In this document: piece after piece, positions 1-7,944 of the stretch
Numbering within the stretch: position 1 is the first letter of the stretch
How the letters are laid out: every line of letters starts with the position of its first letter
Assembly (NCBI GenBank): GCA_026391255.1
Contig: JAPLDU010000055.1
Span: 925 to 64,924, forward strand
DNA: 64,000 nucleotides
Origin: Bacteroidia bacterium
Lineage (GTDB): Bacteria > Bacteroidota > Bacteroidia > Bacteroidales > JAPLDU01
Reading direction: 5' to 3'
Notes under the pieces: model-generated
The model's database searches: none
What the model was told of the DNA's origin: nothing
The model's input: the letters and a program-made list of their open reading frames with translations, nothing else
Program-made: the position numbers and the translations under genes

Positions 1-1
1 T

Positions 2-568
2 AATAATCAAATATTCAGCATGATAATCGATGAATTGTCTTTGAAAGGACAGCATAATGTTTACAATTCCATGGCTGCGGCCAGTACTGCTTGTGCCTTA
101 AATATCAGGAAAGAAACTATCAGAGAGTGTCTTACTGATTTCCAGGGAGTTGAACACCGACTTGAACCGGTCCTGCAGATACATGGTATCATGTTTATCA
201 ATGATTCCAAGGCTACGAATATCAATTCGACCTGGTATGCCCTTGAAAGCATGAAAACAAAAGTCATCTGGATTGTCGGTGGTATTGACAAAGGAAATGA
301 CTATGCCATGTTGTCTGACCTTGTACGACAAAAAGTAAAAGCCATTGTATGCCTCGGTGTTGATAATTCGAGGATACATGAAGCATTCGATGGAATGGGG
401 ATTACAATTGCCGATACAAAGTCTATGAAAGAAGCAGTGAGAAGTTCATACTACCTGGCAAAAAACGGGGACACTGTATTGCTCTCACCTGCATGTGCGA
501 GCTTTGATCTGTTCGAAAATTACGAAGACAGGGGAAAACAGTTTAAACTCTATGTGAGGGAACTTTAA
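2..568 (+). CDS. murD: UDP-N-acetylmuramoylalanine--D-glutamate ligase, C-terminal part (5' end lies upstream of the window)
   Basis: The frame is open from nt 2. Mur-ligase C-terminal domain strings are present (GVEHRLE, NDSKATN, LLSPACASFDLFENYEDRG). It is the first gene in a murD-ftsW-murG-murC-ftsQ-ftsA-ftsZ order. Confidence 0.9.
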   Translation, partial: NNQIFSMIIDELSLKGQHNVYNSMAAASTACALNIRKETIRECLTDFQGVEHRLEPVLQIHGIMFINDSKATNINSTWYALESMKTKVIWIVGGIDKGNDYAMLSDLVRQKVKAIVCLGVDNSRIHEAFDGMGITIADTKSMKEAVRSSYYLAKNGDTVLLSPACASFDLFENYEDRGKQFKLYVREL

Positions 569-569
569 A

Positions 570-1708
570 ATGGAAAAGAAATTACTACGGTATCTGAAGG
601 GAGATATCAGTATCTGGATCGTTGTCCTTTTTCTGTCCGTTATTTCGATCATGGTGGTATATAGTTCTACCGGAAGCCTGGCTTATAAAAACGCGGGAGG
701 TAATACATTTTATTTCCTTTTCAGGCATTCTATCATGCTGTTTATCGGGATCATCATCATTTTTCTTGTTCACCGGTTTGAATACAGGTACTTTTCAAGG
801 ATATCACAGATACTGCTTTATATTTCGATACCGTTACTGTTCCTGACCCTCATGTTTGGCGTGAGAGAAAATGAAGCCATGCGCCGTCTGTCATTATTCG
901 GGTTTACATTTCAGACTTCCGATCTCGCAAAACTTGCACTGATCATGTATCTTGCAAGGATATTATCTCAGGCACAGGATGATAAGGAAAAGCTTCAGAA
1001 AGTATTTAAAAAGGCCATTATTGCCATTGGATTGGTATGCCTGCTGATCGTACCGGCCAATTTTTCCACGGCAGCACTGGTTTTTCTTACATCGTGGGTA
1101 TTGATGTTCATTGCCCGCATTCCCTGGAAACCTTTGCTGGGAACACTCCTGGTGCTGATCATGTTAATCGGTGCATCCTATTTTGTTGGTAAGGCATATC
1201 CGAAATTATGGCGGTTCGGAACCGTCGCGAGCAGGATAGATACCTTTATGGGGAAAGCCACTGTTGATGAAGACAAATACCAGGTAAAACAGGCGAAAAT
1301 AGCAGTTGTAACAGGTGGATTATTTGGTAAAGGTCCCGGTCACAGTACACAACGTAATTATTTACCACATTCCTACTCTGATTTCATTTATGCAATCATC
1401 GTTGAGGAGTATGGTATCCCAGGGTCTGTGTTAGTTTTACTTTTATATCTGATCATCCTTTACCGGGCCGGGGTGATCATCAGGAAATCCCCGACTTTTT
1501 TCGGGGGTTTCCTTGCCGTGGGATTCTTATATTCCAGGCATTTATAAATATGGCCGTTTCGGTAAGCCTCTTTCCTGTAACCGGTCAGCCTCTGCCGTAC
1601 ATAAGTATGGGCGGTACCTCAATCCTGTTTACCAGCATTGCCATCGGATGTATTTTAAGCGTGAGTAAATATACCCAAAACCCGGAAGAAAATGCAGAAA
1701 TCGCTTAA
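570..1708 (+). CDS. ftsW: SEDS-family peptidoglycan glycosyltransferase FtsW, interrupted by an apparent 1-nt frameshift near 1520-1523
   Basis: The 325-aa ORF 570-1547 is a polytopic FtsW/RodA-like protein that stops at ...FLAVGFLYSRHL*. The +2 frame continues with the conserved SEDS C-terminus GILIFQAFINMAVSVSLFPVTGQPLPYISMGGTSILF... to the TAA at 1706-1708. The switch point is next to the GGG run at 1520-1522. Confidence 0.85.
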
Positions 1709-2795
1709 GGTAATCATCTCGGGTGGAGGAACAGGAGGCCACATCTTTCCTGCTATTTCCATTGCCAATGCTTTGAAACTGATTGATCCTGCCATCGAAA
1801 TATTATTTGTCGGGGCAAAGGGCAGGATGGAAATGGAAAAGATACCTCAGGCAGGGTATAAAATTCAGGGATTGTCAATCAGTGGTCTGCAACGTCGGCT
1901 GACCTACAAGAATTTCATTCTGCCATTTAAGATCACAAATAGCCTGCGACAGGCTGCAGGTATATTAAAGTCATTTAAGCCTGATGCTGCCGTCGGAGTA
2001 GGCGGTTATGCCAGTGGTGCACTTCTTTACATGGCTTCACGTAGGAAAATTCCTTACCTGATTCAGGAGCAAAATTCCTATCCCGGGATCACAAACCGGA
2101 TACTGGCTAAAAAAGCCCGGAAGATATGCGTTGCATACGATGGCATGGATAAGTATTTCCCTGCTGAAAAAATCATCATGACTGGCAATCCTGTGAGGCA
2201 GGATCTTGAAAATATTCATGACAAAAAAGAAGAAGCTATTCATTTCTTCGGGCTTGATATAGCAAAGAAAACTTTGCTGGTCATTGGAGGAAGCCTTGGT
2301 GCAAGGACGATTAACCAGAGTCTCCTGCAAAATATCGGGATATTGAAAAATGCCGGCATACAGGTCATCTGGCAGACTGGAAAGGGATATTACAGGCAAG
2401 CTAAATCACAGGCTGATCATCATGGTTTGGATAATCTGCATGTGCATGATTTCATCAACCGCATGGACCTGGCATATTCGGTTGCCAATGTGGTGATCTC
2501 AAGGGCAGGCGCAGGAACCATTTCAGAACTTTGCCTGGTAGGAAAGGCCTGCATTCTGGTGCCATCGCCCAATGTAGCTGAAGATCACCAGACAAAAAAT
2601 GCCATGGCTCTTGTAAACGAACATGCAGCCATGATGGTACCTGATGTTGAAGCGCCTGCAAGGTTGATCCAGGCTGCCCTGACCCTGATGGCTGACCGGG
2701 AATTAACGGAAACATTATCAGCCAATATCCGTAAACTGGCAATCAGGGATTCTGCCCGTAAAATCGCGGAAGAAGTGTTACAGATCATTCAGTAA
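1692..2795 (+). CDS. murG: UDP-N-acetylglucosamine--N-acetylmuramyl-(pentapeptide) pyrophosphoryl-undecaprenol GlcNAc transferase
   Basis: GT28 N-terminal motif SGGGTGGHIFPA and the C-terminal ISRAGAGTISE motif are present. The gene sits in the expected dcw position. Confidence 0.95.
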   Translation: MQKSLKVIISGGGTGGHIFPAISIANALKLIDPAIEILFVGAKGRMEMEKIPQAGYKIQGLSISGLQRRLTYKNFILPFKITNSLRQAAGILKSFKPDAAVGVGGYASGALLYMASRRKIPYLIQEQNSYPGITNRILAKKARKICVAYDGMDKYFPAEKIIMTGNPVRQDLENIHDKKEEAIHFFGLDIAKKTLLVIGGSLGARTINQSLLQNIGILKNAGIQVIWQTGKGYYRQAKSQADHHGLDNLHVHDFINRMDLAYSVANVVISRAGAGTISELCLVGKACILVPSPNVAEDHQTKNAMALVNEHAAMMVPDVEAPARLIQAALTLMADRELTETLSANIRKLAIRDSARKIAEEVLQIIQ

Positions 2796-2812
2796 AATCA
2801 GTAAAATAAGAG

Positions 2813-4186
2813 ATGCGGCCATTTGATAACATAAAAACTATTTACCTGCTTGGGGCCGGTGGTATCGGGATGAGCGCCCTTGCCCGTTATTTCAGGCTTA
2901 TGGGCAAAATAGTCACCGGTTACGACCGTACTCCGACCTCTCTCACCGATGAACTGATATCAGAAGGTATTGACCTGCATTTTGAGGAAGATTTGAAAAT
3001 TGCTGCCGGATATAAGCCTGATGAAACACTGGTGATCTATACACCCGCTGTTCCGCCTGATCATGCAGAACTGGACTGGTTCAGGATGAATAATTTCACA
3101 GTCATGAAAAGGGCGGAAGTGCTTGGAGTATTGTCAGCTGAAAAAGATACTGTCGCTGTTGCCGGCACACATGGAAAGACTACCGTCAGTACTATGATTG
3201 CCCATATTCTTAAGTGTTCGGATAAAGATTGTTCCGCCTTCCTGGGAGGCATCTCTAAAAATTACAACACCAATTTTCTTTATTCCGGGCATTCAGATAT
3301 CGTGGTAACAGAAGCCGACGAATTTGACCGGTCATTCCTTCATCTCAGTCCTCAAATTGCCGTGGTTACTGCAACAGACGCCGATCACCTCGATATTTAC
3401 GGTGATCTCAGGGAACTCAGAAAATCCTTCAGCCTGTTCACTTCAAAAATAAAAAACGGAGGTCACCTGGTTTATCATAAGGGCATTGATCTGCAAATAA
3501 ATGTTGACAGTTCGGTCAAAGTACATTCTTATTCTGCAAGTGAAGAAGCTGATTTTTATGCACGGAATATCAGCCTGCAGAATGGTTTTTTCCATTTTGA
3601 CCTTGTCTTGCCCGGTAACAGGTCGATCCCTGGTATTTCTTTACAGGCGCCGGGCAGGATAAATGTGGAAAATGCCGTGGCGGCAGCCGCAGCTGCATGG
3701 CTTGCCGGCGCCGGACAGGAATCAGTTAAAACTGCATTGCAGAGTTTCACCGGGGTAATACGCAGGCTTGACATCAGGATCGATCGTAACGACTTAATAT
3801 ATATCGATGATTATGCCCATCATCCGGAAGAACTCAGGGCTGCCATCAGTTCAGTGAAAGAAGTCTGGCCCGGCAAAAAAATCACCGGTATCTTCCAGCC
3901 TCATTTATACAGCCGTACCCGTGATTTTGCAACAGAATTTGCACAAAGTCTCGACCTTCTTGACGGGCTTCTGTTGCTCGAAATATATCCCGCCCGTGAG
4001 TCAGCCATCCCGGGTGTTGATTCAGGCTTGATATTCAACAAGATGAAACTTAAAAACAAAATATTATGTACAAAAGACCAGGTGATTGATATTCTGAAAA
4101 ATAAAAAACCGGAAGTATTGATGACACTTGGCGCTGGTGATATTGACGGACTGGTTGATCCTATTATTGATTTATTTTCAGAATGA
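2813..4186 (+). CDS. murC: UDP-N-acetylmuramate--L-alanine ligase
   Basis: N-terminal GAGGIGMSALA, Mur-ligase P-loop AGTHGKTT and the DDYAHHPEE motif are present. The gene sits in the expected dcw position. Confidence 0.95.
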   Translation: MRPFDNIKTIYLLGAGGIGMSALARYFRLMGKIVTGYDRTPTSLTDELISEGIDLHFEEDLKIAAGYKPDETLVIYTPAVPPDHAELDWFRMNNFTVMKRAEVLGVLSAEKDTVAVAGTHGKTTVSTMIAHILKCSDKDCSAFLGGISKNYNTNFLYSGHSDIVVTEADEFDRSFLHLSPQIAVVTATDADHLDIYGDLRELRKSFSLFTSKIKNGGHLVYHKGIDLQINVDSSVKVHSYSASEEADFYARNISLQNGFFHFDLVLPGNRSIPGISLQAPGRINVENAVAAAAAAWLAGAGQESVKTALQSFTGVIRRLDIRIDRNDLIYIDDYAHHPEELRAAISSVKEVWPGKKITGIFQPHLYSRTRDFATEFAQSLDLLDGLLLLEIYPARESAIPGVDSGLIFNKMKLKNKILCTKDQVIDILKNKKPEVLMTLGAGDIDGLVDPIIDLFSE

Positions 4187-5046
4187 TCAGAAAAATACTT
4201 GAAATATTGAACTGGTTGGTCATCATTGCTTTCCTTGTGATCACTCTCGGCTTTGCCACTACACGGCAGGGTGAAATCACCTGCAAGGCAACATATGTCA
4301 CAATTACCAATAACTCAGAAAATAAATTTGTCGATTCAGATGATATTATTGAATTATTAAAGAATAAAAGCAGAAAGCTGATAGGTACTCCCATAGATCA
4401 AATCAACCTGTCATGGATCGAAAAAGCAATTATGACACATCCTGCGGTAAAAAAGGCAAATGCATGGCTGACAATTGACGGCAGGTTACACATTGACGTG
4501 GAGCAAAGAAGACCCATTATCAGGATCATCAGGAGTAATCTTGAGAGCTTTTATATTGACGACCAGGGAAAGCTGATGCAATTGTCGGAAAAATATGCTG
4601 CCAGGGTATTGGTGGCGAACGGAAATATTATCGAGCCATTTATAAGGTATTATAAAACCAGGTTGCCGGATGATCCCGGTGAATTGTATAAATGCGGCAT
4701 AATCCAGGACCTGGTTTTCCTTGCATGTTTCATCGATCATAATACATTCTGGCGTTCACAGATTGAACAGATCTATGTAAACGACAGGAATGAATTTGAA
4801 CTGATACCCCTGGTGGGTAAACAAACCATTATTCTGGGAAGCATCGACAATTTCGGGAAGAAGTTCAGGTACCTGAAAGCCGTGTATGACAAAGGATTCA
4901 GCAAGACAGGCTGGAGCATTTATAATACCATCAATTTGAAATATGAAAACCAGGTTATTTGCACCAGGACGGATGCAAAGCCTGAGAATCCGGTTGATTC
5001 CATTAAAGTGAACATTCTTCCTCAGGCCGGTGGAAAACATAAATAA
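4183..5046 (+). CDS. ftsQ: cell division protein FtsQ
   Basis: It has a single N-terminal TM helix and lies between murC and ftsA. Its start overlaps the murC stop by 4 nt (ATGA). Confidence 0.8.
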   Translation: MIRKILEILNWLVIIAFLVITLGFATTRQGEITCKATYVTITNNSENKFVDSDDIIELLKNKSRKLIGTPIDQINLSWIEKAIMTHPAVKKANAWLTIDGRLHIDVEQRRPIIRIIRSNLESFYIDDQGKLMQLSEKYAARVLVANGNIIEPFIRYYKTRLPDDPGELYKCGIIQDLVFLACFIDHNTFWRSQIEQIYVNDRNEFELIPLVGKQTIILGSIDNFGKKFRYLKAVYDKGFSKTGWSIYNTINLKYENQVICTRTDAKPENPVDSIKVNILPQAGGKHK

Positions 5047-5054
5047 TTTCGGAT

Positions 5055-6332
5055 ATGAAAGATTATTTGGTAGCAGTTGATATTGGTACAACCAAAACAC
5101 TCGCACTGGCAGGCAGGAAAGATGCTTCGGGCCTGCTCGAGATTATTGGTGGTTGTTCTTTACCTTCAGAAGAAGGCATCAAAAGAGGCAATGTCATTAA
5201 TATTGAGGTCACGGCACAGGCAATCAAAGCTGTTACTGATAAACTGAAACAGACGGCAGGAATAGATTTTAATTCTGTGATTACCTGTATTTCCGGCCAG
5301 TACATCAAAGCTTTGGTGAACAGGAGTTCAAAATATATTGATTCACCGGAAAGTGAAATCCGCTTAAAGGATACAACAGATCTTGCTGCCGATATGCATA
5401 AAATTTCATTAGAACCGGGCGACAAGATTCTGCATATTATTCCTCAAAGCTATATTGTAGATAATGAGGCAGGAATTAAAAATCCGGTGGGAATTTTCGG
5501 TAAAAGACTGGAGGGAAATTTTTATATAGTGGTTGGTCCGGAAATGTCGGTGAAAAACATCGGGAAATGTTTCAGCCGTGCCGGTCTCGATGTTGCTGAC
5601 CTGGAATTTGTTCCTCTGGCAGCGGCAAATGCAGTTCTCAGCCAGGACGAAAAAGATGCGGGAGTAGTATTGGTTGATTTTGGCGGAGGTACAACCAGCC
5701 TGGCTATTTATTATGACGGAATAATCAGGCATACTGCCGTAATTCCCTTTGGTGGTAATGCCGTTACAAATGATATCAAGGAAGGTTGTTCAATTCTTCC
5801 CCGCCAGGCCGAATCACTGAAACTCCAGTATGGTTCTGCCATGGGCGATGCAGCCGACGAGAACAAGGTGGTTTCAATTCCAGGTATCAGTGGCCGTAAG
5901 CCCAGGGAAATTTCCTTCCGTAACCTGGCATTTATTATTCAGGCAAGGATGGAAGAGCTGATCGAAATGGTATCAAAAGAGGTTGAAAGCTCCGGCATAG
6001 CTTCAAAACTGAGCGCAGGCATGGTTATTTCAGGTGGTGGCGCTATGTTACCCGGTCTGCCTGAACTGATCAGCTTTCATACAGGGATGGATGTCAGGAT
6101 TGGCATACCAGATGAGAAAATATCCAAAAACAGCAGGGAAGAGTTTCTGAAAACCAGCCATGCTGTCGGTATAGGCCTGTTGATGTATGGCTTTGAAAAA
6201 GGACTCGTTCTGCCTGACCCGGTCGTGGAAGAAGAAGAAGAGAATTCAGAACCTGTTGGAAAGAAAACAGGACTGTTTGGCTTGTTCGGTAGGAAAATAA
6301 AAGGAATAATGGATGAGGATAATATTCATTGA
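5055..6332 (+). CDS. ftsA: cell division protein FtsA (actin-like ATPase)
   Basis: Phosphate-binding motifs VDIGTTK and VDFGGGTT are present. The C-terminus ends in a hydrophobic/basic tail, GLFGLFGRKIKGIM, typical of the FtsA membrane-targeting helix. Confidence 0.93.
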   Translation: MKDYLVAVDIGTTKTLALAGRKDASGLLEIIGGCSLPSEEGIKRGNVINIEVTAQAIKAVTDKLKQTAGIDFNSVITCISGQYIKALVNRSSKYIDSPESEIRLKDTTDLAADMHKISLEPGDKILHIIPQSYIVDNEAGIKNPVGIFGKRLEGNFYIVVGPEMSVKNIGKCFSRAGLDVADLEFVPLAAANAVLSQDEKDAGVVLVDFGGGTTSLAIYYDGIIRHTAVIPFGGNAVTNDIKEGCSILPRQAESLKLQYGSAMGDAADENKVVSIPGISGRKPREISFRNLAFIIQARMEELIEMVSKEVESSGIASKLSAGMVISGGGAMLPGLPELISFHTGMDVRIGIPDEKISKNSREEFLKTSHAVGIGLLMYGFEKGLVLPDPVVEEEEENSEPVGKKTGLFGLFGRKIKGIMDEDNIH

Positions 6333-6362
6333 TAAGTGACTGATCAGGCGGAAAGGCTTATA

Positions 6363-6395
6363 TTAGTTATGAGTTATGAATTATGAGTGATGAGT
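6363..6395. repeat. 'TTATGAG' word repeat; near-identical inverted copy at 23447-23478
   Basis: TTAGTTATGAGTTATGAATTATGAGTGATGAG compares with the reverse complement of 23447-23478, TTAGTTATGAGTTATGAATTATGAGTTATGAA. They differ at 2 of 32 positions. Confidence 0.85.
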
Positions 6396-6445
6396 AATTT
6401 AAATAAATATCAGGTTTTAGGTATCAAGTATTAGGACTTATTAAC

Positions 6446-6510
6446 CATGACGTTCATGACGTCCATGACGTTCATGACGATCATGACTAATGACTTACGA
6501 CTGTTGACTA
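6446..6510. repeat. 9-nt tandem repeat (CATGACGTN)x4-5, decaying into GACTTACGACT words
   Basis: The sequence is CATGACGTT CATGACGTC CATGACGTT CATGACGAT CATGAC TAATGACTTACGACTGTTGACTA. It lies upstream of ftsZ-A. Confidence 0.9.
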
Positions 6511-6551
6511 TTATCAATGACCTTATTTGTTATGATAACAATTTTTTGAGA

Positions 6552-7805
6552 ATGAAAGAGAAAAATTTATTTCCTGAAATAGTGGATAAACCTGATGATC
6601 TGATTGATTTTGCATTTACAGAATTCAGTCCCTCCATTATCAAAGTAATCGGGGTCGGTGGAGGTGGCAGTAATGCAGTGAACCACATGTTTGAAACCGG
6701 CATTGAGGATGTGGAATTTGTCGTGTGTAATACCGATTCGCAGGCTTTGGCCAATAGCCCGGTAAGAACGAAAATCCAGTTAGGAACCGGCATCACTGAA
6801 GGCAGAGGGGCAGGAAGCGATCCGGGTGTCGGAGAACAAGCCGCCCGTGAAAACCTGCAGGATATCATTAATGTACTCGAGAATAATACAAAAATGGTGT
6901 TTATCACAGCAGGAATGGGAGGTGGTACCGGTACCGGGGCTGCTCCGGTGATCGCAGAAGAAGCCAGATCAAGAAAAATCCTCACGGTCGCTATTGTTAC
7001 GATTCCTTTTAAGACTGAAGTAGGTAACCGTTACAAACAAGCACTGGCTGGGATAAAAAAATTGCAAACACATGTTGATTCCCTGATCGTCATTGATAAT
7101 GAGCAGATAAACAAGAATTACGGTGATTCATCCTTTTCCGAAGCATTTAAGGAGGCAGATAAAATTTTGGGAACTGCAGCAAAAGCCATTGTGCAGATTA
7201 TCAAGATACATGGAATGTGGAATGTTGATTTCAATGACGTGAAAAAGGTAATGACCGACAGTGGTGTAGCCCTTATGGGAATTGGTGTTGCCAGTGGTGC
7301 TGACAGGGCCGTTACGGCTGTGGAAAATGCATTGAAATCGCCCCTTCTGAATAATAATAATATCAGGGATGCAAAAAAGATTTTACTGAATATTATTTCA
7401 GGAACAAATGAAATTCTGATGAGGGAGACACAGGATATTTGCCTGGCCCTGCAAAAAGAAACAGGGAGTGATCAGGAAGAATTCATCATGGGTGTGGCCA
7501 GGGATATGGGCCTGGGGGAAAACATATGTGTCACAGTAATAGCTACTGGATTTAAATCAGTTAACCCGGAGGATTACCGTAAACCTGAAGAACCTGAGAA
7601 TTTGATCCCTCCTGTTCCGGAAGAACCACCTGTTCCGGATGAAACTTCTTTTCAGGAAGAAATACAGCCGGAAGAGCCGGTTCAGGAGGACATACATCCT
7701 GAAGAACCAAAAATGAAGAAAAAGAAAATAAAAGACAAAAATCAGTTGAGTCTGTGGGAGAAATTCATGGAGAGTAAAAAGATATTTAATGAAGATATTA
7801 ATTAG
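6552..7805 (+). CDS. ftsZ: FtsZ paralog A (most divergent; acidic Pro/Glu-rich linker, basic/amphipathic C-terminus)
   Basis: FtsZ motifs GVGGGGSNAVNHM, NTDSQAL, GMGGGTGTGAAP (tubulin signature), NVDFNDV (T7) and VTVIATGF are present. The preferred start is ATG 6552 (MKEKNLF...). The longer ORF from 6447 begins inside a 9-nt tandem repeat (MTFMTSMTFMT). Confidence 0.9.
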   Translation: MKEKNLFPEIVDKPDDLIDFAFTEFSPSIIKVIGVGGGGSNAVNHMFETGIEDVEFVVCNTDSQALANSPVRTKIQLGTGITEGRGAGSDPGVGEQAARENLQDIINVLENNTKMVFITAGMGGGTGTGAAPVIAEEARSRKILTVAIVTIPFKTEVGNRYKQALAGIKKLQTHVDSLIVIDNEQINKNYGDSSFSEAFKEADKILGTAAKAIVQIIKIHGMWNVDFNDVKKVMTDSGVALMGIGVASGADRAVTAVENALKSPLLNNNNIRDAKKILLNIISGTNEILMRETQDICLALQKETGSDQEEFIMGVARDMGLGENICVTVIATGFKSVNPEDYRKPEEPENLIPPVPEEPPVPDETSFQEEIQPEEPVQEDIHPEEPKMKKKKIKDKNQLSLWEKFMESKKIFNEDIN

Positions 7806-7834
7806 TCATAAGTCGTAAGTCATAAGTCATAAGG
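7805..7834. repeat. 9-nt tandem repeat (GTCATAAGT-like)x3; related words at 6485-6510 and 61366-61396 (inverted)
   Basis: The sequence is GTCATAAGTCGTAAGTCATAAGTCATAAGG and starts at the ftsZ-A stop codon. Confidence 0.85.
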
Positions 7835-7903
7835 CAAAAGTTATAAGACAAAAGGGAATAAGGAGTACGTAGTAATGCTATTGGAAATATGCAGAAAAAT
7901 CAG

Positions 7904-7936
7904 GTAATTGTAATTCGTAAATCGTAATTCTAAAAT
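7904..7936. repeat. inverted copy of the 'TTAGAATTACGA' head of the 13781/17212/24402 element family
   Basis: The sequence is GTAATTGTAATTCGTAAATCGTAATTCTAAAAT. It ends 8 nt before the ftsZ-B ATG. Confidence 0.75.
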
Positions 7937-7944
7937 AATATAGT

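Noticed and set aside
6447-6551. An N-terminal extension of FtsZ-A starting MTFMTSMTFMTIMT.
   Set aside because: It is generated by a 9-nt intergenic tandem repeat containing ATG. FtsZ homology begins after the ATG at 6552.
6530-6985. A 151-aa minus-strand ORF antisense to ftsZ-A. Similar antisense ORFs lie at 7878-8453 and 9605-9970, and all contain GAAPVPVPPPIPAVI.
   Set aside because: The shared peptide is simply the antisense translation of the conserved GGGTGTGAAP-coding DNA of each ftsZ. There is no independent coding evidence.
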